Source of the DNA: Magallana gigas
Lineage: Eukaryota
Assembly: GCF_963853765.1 (NCBI RefSeq)
Contig: NC_088854.1
Location: 7,440,001 to 7,504,000 of the forward strand
Direction: 5' to 3'
Length of the DNA: 64,000 nucleotides
Shown: positions 28,597 through 44,763 of the stretch, piece by piece
Layout of the letters: the number at the start of each line of letters is the position of its first letter
How positions within the stretch are numbered: the stretch's first letter is position 1
Program-made: the position numbers and the translations under genes
The notes under the pieces: generated by a model
The model's database searches: none
Seen by the model: the letters and a program-made list of their open reading frames with translations, nothing else
Told to the model about the DNA's origin: nothing

Positions 28597-30526
28597 ACTT
28601 AATCAATTTTTATTGAACAAAGGCAATTGTTAAAATCTCTGCACTTAAATATTTTTTTCTCCAAAAAAATATGTCATAATCAGTATAATGACATATGTAC
28701 GCAAACCTTTTCATTGCATGTGTTGATATTACTTAATTTCAAAATGCTTTTTTTTTTATTTTAGTTGATATCGTTAATTACTTATCAGAAACCCTTACTA
28801 CATATGTGTAATATATAAAAATCTGCTTTGAAATATGCGCGAAAAAGACCGCACGCAATGCTATCGCCTTTTGGTTCTAAATTTACCTATTTTTTTACCT
28901 CTGGAGGTTAATTAACATGTATGGGGATAGCAACACTGAATTCAATGGGACTATGTGTTAGATGCGCATGATGCAACTTCCTGGATGGTATTTCTTTCAT
29001 TTTTATAAATTTGGTATTGCAAATAACTTAATAGGATTTAAAAAAGAAGAAAAAGGAATACCAAAGTAAGTGTCAAAATAGGCATACTGTGCATAATACC
29101 GATAGTCTAGTGCCAGGTGAACTGTTTTATATAGCGATCATGAAGTATTTAAAAGCTTGCACGCTTGGGGTATTTAAAATTAATGTCCATTTATTTATTT
29201 TTTACCTTTGATCGATTTAGACAGGGGTTTTATTGGGTACCTCTCAGGCACTATAATGTCAGTGACTCGTTCAACAATACAGATGAGGGGCATCTCAACA
29301 GTTTTTTTATCACTCTCTTTTAATATATATGACAAGAAATCATATTGACGCAAGCGTCAAATGGGCCGCAAAAGTATAATTGTTGTATGAATTATCACTA
29401 CAAAGAAAATAACGAGTTGGTTGTACTAATTTTAATGGTAGATTTTTAATTAATTACTACATTTTCAGCAACTCGTTTTTAACATTTTACTTTTATTAAG
29501 AATAGAGTTCGAATTTTTTTTTTCCAAAATAGAATTATAAATCTTATCTACACTACAGTTTATAAAGATAATCATTGTTATTTCAAAAGAATTAAAAAAT
29601 AAATCAGGTTAGCTCAAATTTTCAGATCCATACAAATTTTCAGTTTTTTCATATTTTTGCGTCAAAAAATGATATGGATGTCATTTCATGATAATCTACC
29701 ACAAAGCACATAGCAATATAATAAATTCACACACAAAGTATTTTATTTGACGCAGCACATAGAAATCCAACTATATCATTTTTATAAAAGTTCATGTCAT
29801 TCAGGTCTTTAGTATTTCAGGTCTTTAGTATGTCCCGTATACCGATGGAAAACTCCGAAATTTTCCGAATAGATTATAATTTCGATAAAAACACGTATTA
29901 CACGACAGTCTATGACACACTTTTCATTTACGAGCAAAACAAAAAATATGTGATATTTTTAAAAGGCATAAAACATATTTCTACATGCAAAGTTTACTTT
30001 TAATTGATAAAAATGAGCATAATATTAATTCATGGAAAAAAAACTATCCCGCAGAAACGCAGTTACAATATTTAAATGTGTATCAAATAACGGACCGCCT
30101 CCTGGCGGCCCGTAATAATATCCATGTGCTCTCGTGACGGTCATTCATCGATGTTTTCAAACGGTCTCCAATAAACTCGTGCCTATGCAAATCGAACCTT
30201 CTTTTTTTGCTTGAGGTATGCGAACGTTATATTTTTTTTCATCGAGAAACATGCTTAATCAATATCATTGTCATTTATCGCAAGAGCAAAAGTAACGCAG
30301 TTACTTATTTGAGCATCAAAGACAGCTTTTAAATTAATTATTTTCTAGGCCGTCGATTTTCGAGACATGAAGATAGATGTTTTGATTGTAAAAACGGCGA
30401 CATCAATCAACCAAACTTGTCGTAAATTTACTAGGACCCGACACTCCAAACCATATCATATTTTTTTTTATATTTCTTTGTAGGTTATGATATCAATAAC
30501 AATAGTTATAATGGTAGTTGTAGAGT

Positions 30527-30567
30527 GTTTCGGCGGTTTTCTGAATTAGAAAAGTCCGCCTCATCAG
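30527..30567 (-). ncRNA. Hammerhead-ribozyme-like core in the PLE 3' terminal region
   Basis: On - strand: CTGATGA-GGCGG(AC)TTTTCT AATTC AGAAAA CCGCC-GAAAC, i.e. both conserved core boxes plus a perfect stem II. Partners for stems I and III were not found. Confidence 0.55.
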
Positions 30568-31960
30568 GGGTGCAAGCTTAAATGAAGCACCTATTGTTGA
30601 AGTTTTGATCTGAAAATATGTCGCCTACGTTTTTATGCTTGCTATAAGCGATAATTGGTTCCGATTTGAATAAATCTCTGCAGATTGGGTCTGTAGTCAT
30701 TTTGTTCCAATATTTTAGAATGCGTCCCCTCAATCCTTTGAGACTTGGGTTATATTTGGTAATCATGACATTTGGTTGGTGGTGTTTTTGTTTGTTTGAT
30801 TTGTGCAATAGCAGCTCCCTCTTTGTGTAGGTTATTTCCGTTATTACGGGGTCTATTTCTGTGGCAGAGTAACCTCTCTTTGACAAATGTGTCGTAAAAT
30901 TTCCTAGGGTTTCTTCCAGTTCGTGAGGGTCATTTGTATTTCTCGCATGTCTTATGCATTCTCCTTTAATAAACGCTTTGAACACTGCTGGGTTGTGCGC
31001 ACTATCTCTATGGAGGTACTGAAAGTTATTAGTTGGTTTGATGTACGATTTAAGGTCAAGCTTGTTTTGAGTAAGAAATCGTTGACCTTTAAAAACGAGC
31101 GTGTCCAGAAAAGTCACAGAGTTGTGAGCAATTTCGAAAGTAAATTTTAGATGTTTATGACAACTATTGCCTATGTCAAAGAATTCCATCATCTCATTTT
31201 CTGTGCCGTCAAATACAATAAAACCGTCGTCTCTAAAACGTCCGTGAAAAAGAATTTTCTTGGCGTGTTTGAATTTCGACACAATAAGTTGTGTGATCTG
31301 ATACATCCTAATGTCCGATAGTTCCGGTGAGGGCACTGCCCCCATACTGCAGCCAATAATTTGTTTATAATACTTTCCGTCGAATTCGAAGTAGTTGTTA
31401 TCTAATACACATTTGAGCAGAAAGAGGAGATCTTTGACATCTGGATGTGGAATGCAATACTCGTTTTTATTTGCGTTATTGTAAGCATCGTGTACCGCAC
31501 TTAATAACTCGTCAAATTCCATGTTTGTATACATACTAGTAACATCATAAGTTATTAATTGTACGTCAGGTGGGAATTCCTGTGATTCGATTTTATTGAT
31601 AAAATCGGTTGTGTCCTTTATGTAAGTAGATTGTTTTCTTACAATGGGTATAAGAAAATAATCACAGTACGCACCTATATTCCTTGTCGGCGTCTCACAC
31701 TGTGATATAATTGGTCGTCCCGGTGGGAGTTGTCTGATGCTGCAGAGATTGTTAATTAAGGCGTTTCGGACATCGTCTTTGATTTTGTGTATTTTAGGGA
31801 GCAAGTACAATTGTCCGCATTTCAGTGCGGGTTTATTGTCTTTAAGGAAGCGATAAGTTTCCTTGTCTAATGACTCCTGTAAATGCATCTCGTTAACTTT
31901 GTCTTGTATGCAGTTGTGCAGCTCTTTCAGATCTGGTTTTTCAACTTGCATGTAATGTTT

Positions 31961-32368
31961 CAGGCACGTAGCATCAGGGGGGGCCAGGGGGGGCCTGGCC
32001 CCCCCACTTTTTCTCGCAGCAACATATTTTTTAAATAAATACATATAAAAAAATGAATTATAATGGAGTTGGCCCCCCCACTTTTTTGGAAGTTAGTAAA
32101 AAATTGGTATGAAAATTAGGAAATGAGTAGTCAAATTGATGTTACCCCCCCCCCCCCCACGGATTAGGAATTTCATGATTTGGAGGGGAAAAAATTTTGG
32201 TAGGGAAGAATTTTGTTTTGGAAGTATAGTTGAGTCTCCCCCCCCCCCCCCCCACGGATTAGGATTTTGAAGATTTTTGGAAAACTTTAAATTTCCCTTT
32301 TTTTTGCTTGTCAAGATTTTTTGGATGGGTCTGGCCCCCCCACTTTCAAAAACGATGCTACGTGCCTG
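31961..32368. mobile_element. 408-bp MITE nested in the PLE ORF
   Basis: 15-bp TIR CAGGCACGTAGCATC / GATGCTACGTGCCTG. 5-bp TSD TGTTT (31956-60 and 32369-73). Confidence 0.9.
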
Positions 32369-33254
32369 TGTTTAGATTGGAGTTGGCGCTGTGCCTCTGT
32401 GGTATACTGTTGTTTGTCCATTATAACTATTGTGTTGCTTTTGTCAGCTTTTTTTATAACAATGTTTTTATTGTTTTTTAAGGAAGACAAAGCCTCTCTT
32501 TCTTCTTTTGATATATTATCCCTAAATCTTTTGGGTTGTAGGGATGTTAGCTCCATTTTAGTTTTATCGATGTACTCTTCAAGAGCATTGCAAGTTTTTG
32601 GGGGGATATGACCCGTGTTCATTTCATGATTAATAATTTCTCTGTCATGTATACAGCATGATTCAGATTAGAATTGTGCTCTAACTATTTATTCAAACTC
32701 GGAAAACAAAGTCTGAAAGATTAAGCATTGTTTACCGATTGTAACACAACTTATGTTTATCGATTTTTACCGCATTGATTTTTTCGTCAGTGAACAGTTA
32801 TAAGAGCGGATCATTCTTGGGGGGAGGGGGGGGGGGTCAGATAACCTGCAGCTGAGCTTATCGGTTCACCACAGATTCCTGTTTTGATATCCAGTTCATT
32901 TATACTTGATTGAGACAAGCAGGAAGGACAATCCACTTTGACACAGACAGTGATTATACTAAATATATTTACGAGGACGTTAAGTGTGTCGCGGTTTAAA
33001 TCTTTAAAATTCCCAGTGCCGAACTACACAGGGCGAACATATTCACGGGGCGAAACCACCCGTGACCTATTTGATCAATGACGAGAACAACAGCTCCACT
33101 CAGGCGACGGACTGAGACCTGTTTACCTCTCATGGTCTATGTAGCACATCCTGTTCATGAAATACCGGCATGGGAAGGGACTTTGTGTGAAATTCTTCTA
33201 TGATCAGGGATTTTGTGACCTCTCGTTTTTGTTCTAAGCTGAACGAATAACAAG

Positions 33255-34373
33255 ATGGGAAAGTCCGGCGTGTGTAGTTCCGGGGTGCTTAGTGCCTCTA
33301 CGATGGTGTATGTTTTGACGGCGCTTTCCATAGTGGTGTTGATAAGCACAGTATATGTCAACTCGCATCTAAATTCTTTGCTGAGTGTTTCTAAACGTAT
33401 ACATAATTATGTGTCCATGTACATCGGGATCGATTCCAAAGCCACCGTCACTAGTAACAGTTCCACAAGTAGACACGCCTTCAGTATCACCAATCCATCG
33501 ATCACCAGAGCCACCACACCAAGGGCCACCACCCCAGGCGGGACCACTGCGAGGCCTAATGAATGCAAGTCGTGTTTTAAACACGATTTTGATTTCATGT
33601 TAAACAATGAAGACGTATGTCAGACTGATACTGGTAATAGTACAATCAAAGTCATTGTTCTAATTTCCACCATTCATAAGAATACAGAAAAGAGGAAAGC
33701 AATACGAGAAACTTGGATGAGTCCGTACACAGGTAACACAGGGCCCGTCCGTTATATGTTTTTGTTGGGAAGGATTTCAGATAAAGCCCTGCAGGTGGCC
33801 TTAGAGACAGAGAGTGCCTCTTATAGGGATATCCTACAGGAAGACTTTATAGACAGTTACAACAATCTGACTCTTAAAACAATGATGGCATTTCGTTGGG
33901 CTAGTACTTTTTGCCAGAAAGCCGAGTTCGTAATGAAGACGGACGACGACATGTTTGTCAATATAAACGGACTCTTAAGGGCCGTGAACCAGCACAAAGA
34001 CGTTCTCCAGCGGTCGGTGGGAGGGTTTTGTGTTCTCTCTGCCAGTCCAATCAGAGACAAAGGTTCCAAGTGGTATGCTTCGGAGAAAATGTACCCCCAC
34101 CGGAAGTACCCCGGTTACTGCTCGGGCACGGGGTACGTGACAAGTATGTTTGTGACTCGGAGAGTATTCGAGATATCCAAACATTTGCCGTTTTTTCACC
34201 TGGAGGATATATTCGTTGGACTCTGTATAAATAAACTTGGATACACGTTTACTCGCATAGGAGGGTTTAGCACTAACTTTATTCCCATTAGTTGTTCGTA
34301 CAAACAGTCTATCATTACATCCCATGGTGTCAGCCCAAAGCAAATGCGACAAGCATGGGATCTAAAGTGTTAG
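33255..34373 (+). CDS. B3GALT: Beta-1,3-galactosyltransferase-like (GT31) type II membrane protein, single-exon CDS, 372 aa
   Basis: N-terminal TM (VYVLTALSIVVLISTVYV) and a Thr/Pro-rich stem. Motifs KRKAIRETW, EDFIDSYNNLTLKT, KTDDDMFVN, YPGYCSGTGYV and LEDIFVGLC. Confidence 0.92.
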   Translation: MGKSGVCSSGVLSASTMVYVLTALSIVVLISTVYVNSHLNSLLSVSKRIHNYVSMYIGIDSKATVTSNSSTSRHAFSITNPSITRATTPRATTPGGTTARPNECKSCFKHDFDFMLNNEDVCQTDTGNSTIKVIVLISTIHKNTEKRKAIRETWMSPYTGNTGPVRYMFLLGRISDKALQVALETESASYRDILQEDFIDSYNNLTLKTMMAFRWASTFCQKAEFVMKTDDDMFVNINGLLRAVNQHKDVLQRSVGGFCVLSASPIRDKGSKWYASEKMYPHRKYPGYCSGTGYVTSMFVTRRVFEISKHLPFFHLEDIFVGLCINKLGYTFTRIGGFSTNFIPISCSYKQSIITSHGVSPKQMRQAWDLKC

Positions 34374-35190
34374 GACGAAACATATTGACAAATATTAAAC
34401 TATATGGTGTGTTTATCATTCCACGCACATTGTTATATCCTACAATGAGATCTTGGCCGTTTTAACTTGTTCATATTTTAATTTTTAATGTTATATGAAT
34501 GACATGTAAAAAAGCTTTGTTACGTGTTTTCTTTTTAGAGGGTCACAGTTAGGGATAGGTTTTTGTTTTAAGAATATATGCAGATTGTTCATTGATATAA
34601 CTTAAAATGGTTTAAATTTATTATCTCTAACGTGGGTAAGACGTTCTCCAAATAACAGTTAAAACAACTTCAGTTAATAAAATTTATTAACAAAAAAAAC
34701 CAAATGAAATATATCTACAATACAACTTTCCCTTTTGATTTCTCTCACACTCCACACTTATTCAATTTAAAAATTCAATAATAATTTTGTAAAAAAAAAA
34801 ACCCGAAAAACCCTTTTGTCGACAAACGTTACATGTATGTCGGTATATAGTCCAAAACTTTGTTGCCCACACCTTCGTGTTCACTAGTTCTCAGCCGTCA
34901 CAGTCCTAAGTTCAAGATATACTTAATTATATTAATGATTTAATGTTCGATCATTGGTTCATGTCTCAATTACTTATATCGATCACAGTATATCAGTATG
35001 TAGTCAACGTTGTATCTGGCTTATATCTGTGAACTAGTTTGCATATTATAGACGGTAAAACTTAATATTAGTAAAACAGATGCTGAACGCAGTGATATCG
35101 ACTTTGATTTTATGAAGATGATTCGACCCTTCCTAAGATCTGTTTATATATATTATAGTCGATCTCGACTAACACGCACGTTGTACACAT

Positions 35191-35453
35191 CAGGCACATA
35201 GCATCAGGGGCCTGCACCCCCTGACATTTGCTCCCAGCAACCATTTTTCTTAAATTTATCATTAAAAAAAATGTCATGGAGTTAACCCCCCCCCCCCGAG
35301 GGAGTATATAAAAATAGAAATAAAAAAGGAAAGTAAGAGTGAAATAAATCGAAGTTCAGGCAATACAAAGCTACTACGCTAGCCTCCCCCTATGATTTTT
35401 AAGATGAGTTCGGGCCCCCACTTTCAAAAACGATGTTATGTATTACGTACCTG
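35191..35453. mobile_element. Second, degenerate copy of the CAGGCAC-TIR MITE family
   Basis: Starts CAGGCACATAGCATC and ends ACTTTCAAAAACGATG...CCTG. Flanks CACAT/TACAT. A third partial copy lies at ~44281-44435. Confidence 0.7.
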
Positions 35454-36099
35454 TACATTTCTCAATTTTAGGCGCACACGCTTAGAAGACACATAAATAC
35501 GCATGGCATGAAGATGAAGGCGACATTTTAAATTGAAGATCGTATATGCATACACCCTATTTTTCGTAGACAAGCGAATAACTCTGATTTTGATGGAACG
35601 CGCCCGAACCCTTGGATTCTAAAGCATATTCTAGCCTTAGTTTGCTAAAAGCATTAACCCCCTTATTTTAAAACAAAGATTATTATACACGTATGTCAGT
35701 AATAGTATGAGCAGTAGCTGTATTCATTATAGGTTAAATAGTCATAGACTTGTGTGTGACAGACAGGCATTTGCTGGTAGTACCGGAGGTAGGCACTTTG
35801 AGTCTTTAATTTATCGCTGTTTCATCTATATCCTGTATTCTGCTCTCGGCTTCGTTAACGTTGAAGTGCTGATTTATAAGACCTTGACATTCAGAACAAC
35901 AGCTAATTAAATCAAAGATAGCCGGTTACATGAATAACATGATCTTGTTTACTTGATTGTTTTTAGACTGGGGATTCCGTGTTACAGTCCTCACACAAGT
36001 TTCACGAAGTCCATCCAATCAAATTAAGATTCAATGAGTATTAGTTCGAAAACACAAGTTACGATGTAAGTAATATGTAGTATGTAATATTTGGCAATA

Positions 36100-36421
36100 T
36101 GGCCGACGCCTGCCTACACATCTCAACATTACATTATTACTATCTCATACATGCAGAAACCACGTTCCGTAAGTTCTTAAAATATTTGGAAAGGCAAAAG
36201 TTTCAAAATCCCAGTGGGATTCGAACTTATGATTTTCAGATTCGTAGTGAACTCATCTTTTTATATATTTTATTCGTAGTGACCTCTCTAACCCATTGTG
36301 CAACGCTGTTTGGTGACAACTTTTGGAAAGAAATTATTTTTAAAATTATACTTGATTTTATTGTTTATTTCGATGAACAGTGCGTCACCACATGAAAGTG
36401 CACGTGTCCCATAACCCTTAA
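36100..36421. mobile_element. Kolobok-like non-autonomous element carrying a tRNA-like segment (left end eroded)
   Basis: The 3' part aligns by eye with 52816-53114 (TTGTTTATTTCGAT..GTCAC.ACATGAA..GTGTC.CATA.C.TTAA) and contains GGATTCGAAC. Confidence 0.55.
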
Positions 36422-36681
36422 ATTAGAGTAGTCGCCTCGCCATCAATAAGATTGATTAACCGATTTCTGTAGTCGGTCTGTAACAAATCTAATAAGTAAT
36501 TTTATAAAAAGCTAAAAGATATATTTAATTAAGATAGATTTGGCGGGAAATTCGTTGAACCCCAGTCTTCTTAAAATGAATGCATTACTTTCATCATATG
36601 CTAATGGTCAGTTACAAAATACTATCAAAATGATTTATTAAATGCAAAAACAAATAACAATAAAGCAATTCACAAATTATC

Positions 36682-41981
<5,300 letters not shown>

Positions 41982-42423
41982 TCCGTGTTCTCCGCCAATC
42001 TAGCGACACAGTGAAAGGAAGCGTCTAATCTAACGGTCTGACCTTAAATACCTTATATAACGCAAATCTTGACACCCAAAGACGTAATACGGTCACTGAT
42101 TACGGCTCCACAGCTGGCCTGAACTTAGTTTGGAAGGACGACCAGATTGTACGTGTATATATAGATACGGAACATTTGGTTCCTTTCTTATACTAAGTCT
42201 GATAGCTTGAACTTGATGATACCAAAATACAATAGCAAAGAAACTAAGAATATGATGATTTCATTAATTATTATTGAGATAATATTATCTCAATAATGAT
42301 AATGTAGTATTGTAAAGCTTTACCTACAGACACCTTAGTTTAATCGTTTTTTGGCTTTTGTGTCCCCGCAAAACTGTACGGGACACTCTCCAGTAGTTTT
42401 ACTTGACTTAACTGTGTTACTAT

Positions 42424-42640
42424 TAGAACCATTTTAACAAAACCTTGGAATTTTGGTTGAACATAGCAATCTATTTCTTCGTCAAAACAAGTTAAAAATG
42501 ACGCGGTTTCAAGCAATTGGGTAATCTTAGCTCAAAAGCCAGACAAATCTTGTTGATTTAAAAGAGCAATAGACAGACCTACGTCACATTGTTCTTTGAC
42601 ACAACTACCCAAAGTCCAAGCTCTTGTTAAAATGGTTCTA
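42424..42640. mobile_element. TA-flanked MITE, copy 1
   Basis: TIR TAGAACCATTTTAACAA(A/G)ACCTTGGA. The internal sequence is homologous to 49225-49453. Confidence 0.75.
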
Positions 42641-43339
42641 AAGTGCATAATAAAGTAAAGGCGGAAAGAAAGAAAGAAAGGGCTATATACACAATTTTTT
42701 TTGGCAAATTGAGGATTGTTTATAGAAACACAAGAGGGTGCTCCAACTGACGTCCTTTTTTTTTTTATCAATGACAACATCAAGTCGATGAGTAAAATTT
42801 CTGACAAAAGCCACTGTATAGTTTTCATTTTCTCAAATCTTCTCGCTATTTGAAGAATCTGATGCTTGTTGAGTTGTTTTTTCCGAAGGTATTCCATGAT
42901 TTTTTTCATAATTCGTAAAACTATATATCTGGAGTCTACGTTTGATAATACAGATTTGAAATATGTCTGCCCTCTTGTCCATTTCATCTTGAACAAGCAT
43001 TCTGAGAGCATTGCATAAGCACTACACGTCCCCTAACGGTTTGTAGAAATTTGTGAAAACAATGCACTGTTATGCAGAATATCATTTCTTACCGTCTCAA
43101 CAGACCAACCCGATAACGAACCCGATTGTAATAATGCAAAAAAAAAACCTGTCGATTAAATTAACAACACAATGCTTGACACTATTTTACATAACTTATT
43201 TGTTTGTTAGAAACAATACAAGAAATGATCCAAGTAATGCACGATTTTATTACTGACTACATACTTTCTTCGTTTATTCAATACACACCGAACCCGATAA
43301 CGAACCCGAACATTAAAAATTGGAATATAAAAAATTAAT

Positions 43340-43632
43340 TTTCTGGAAAATATGTCAACCAGACGCTACAGAAGTGTAAATTTGATCTGTAGTTTGACAT
43401 TTTGAAGCCGTTCAGCAAATTTCATATTATTCCTCAAACGCATAAAGAAAAAAGTGGGGGAAACTGAAGTGGGACGGACGGACGCACGGACGGACGGACG
43501 GACGGACAGACGGACAGACGAACGGACGAACGGACGGACAGACGGATGGACGGATAGACGAACGGACGGACGGACTGACGGACGCAGAGGAAAGCTATAG
43601 TCCACTCAGGTGAAAACCGGTAGGGGATTAAT
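43340..43632 (+). mobile_element. Pearl/Helentron-like element end with an (ACGG)n microsatellite
   Basis: (GGAC/GGAA)n tract at ~43472-43584, followed by the hairpin end CTATAGTCCACTCAGGTGAAAACCGGTAGGGGATTA. Confidence 0.7.
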
Positions 43633-43933
43633 AAAATTCAATTTAACCAAAGAAATATGATGCAATTTTGTGACATCATAATTCAGTGCAAAGCACGTTT
43701 TTTTTCAAATTTTTTTATGGGAAAAAACTAAATAATCTTTCTTTTTATTATTTGAGTCACAATTAACAAGTTTTGGCTAAATACTACAGCGAGCGAAGCG
43801 ACTCCGAGCTCTAAGATCCAGTGTGCGCGGGAAAAAGAACGAGCTAAACCTATAGATTAATCAAACAAATTTTTTGTCTACGTCCAATAATGCTCTCTAA
43901 TGTTTTCACCCGTTTCACACTTAGAAATCTTAA

Positions 43934-43936
<3 letters not shown>

Positions 43937-44006
<70 letters not shown>
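43937..44006. repeat. (CT)n microsatellite
   Basis: Direct inspection. Confidence 0.95.
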
Positions 44007-44009
<3 letters not shown>

Positions 44010-44763
44010 AATTCTTTTTATAGTTGATAACTTAATAACATGACAATGATGCAAGGTTTGTGTAATTCTTGCTAGCTGCGCTCGCCACAACGGTAGCACC
44101 GGAAAACACATTAATTTATGCGAAGTTCAAATTGTATCAGATATTCTGGGACACGCTGTACCATTGGTGCAAGGGAGGTAAGCTAAATTCATAACTTTTA
44201 CTTCACTAAGTGATCATATAAATGTAATGGGGGGGGGGGGGGCTGGGGCTACTATTTTTGCAAAGTTAGACCTAACCATTAGGCACATAGCATTATGGAG
44301 GGTTCAGCCCCCCCCCCCCACTTTTTCTCGCAGGAAAGATATAGTTCCTAAATTACCTTGAAAAGATTGGAATATTGAGAATAAGGGGATTAGTCTAGGC
44401 CCCCCCCAACTTTTAATTTGCTTCCGACGCCACTGTAATTCTAGCCATGCTAATTATTTCATTTGTCTGGAACTGGACTGTTATTAAGCAAGTTTCCAAC
44501 CGAACATGTTCATTTATACTTTTTCACTTTTAATAACTAAATAATTAATTATTTATTAATTATTAATAATTTAATAATTTAATAATACTGCGGGTTCTCT
44601 TGCTCGACCAGATCCATGCCTAAATTGTCTGCTGTTTGTTGTAATTATATTTATACACGGCGCCTTTTAAATTCGTAAAAAACAAAAATCGATAGAGCGG
44701 GCCTCCAGTGTGGTAAACAGGAAGTAAAATTTGGCTTATAGCGTACATGGCAACACTACAGAA

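Larger units (their letters stand above)
30461..32660 (-). mobile_element. Penelope-like retroelement (RT only, 5'-truncated), interrupted by a MITE
   Basis: ORFs 32622-32369 and 31955-30578 rejoin in frame (QSKHYMQVEK; 543 aa) once the insertion and one TSD copy are removed. PLE RT motifs IKKADKS, LYLLPKIHK, GRPIIS, YDVTSMY, QIIGCSMG, RFRDDG and KPTNNFQYLH. A-rich 3' end at ~30461-30470. Confidence 0.9.

Noticed and set aside
30578-32044. 488-aa ORF taken as an intact gene starting MYLFKKYV
   Set aside because: Its first ~29 codons come from the inserted MITE. The true frame continues upstream of the insertion.
36200-36310. tRNA gene candidate (also ~52945-53020)
   Set aside because: Only A/B-box-like motifs are present. 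The acceptor stem and cloverleaf are not intact, and the segment lies inside a repeat element.
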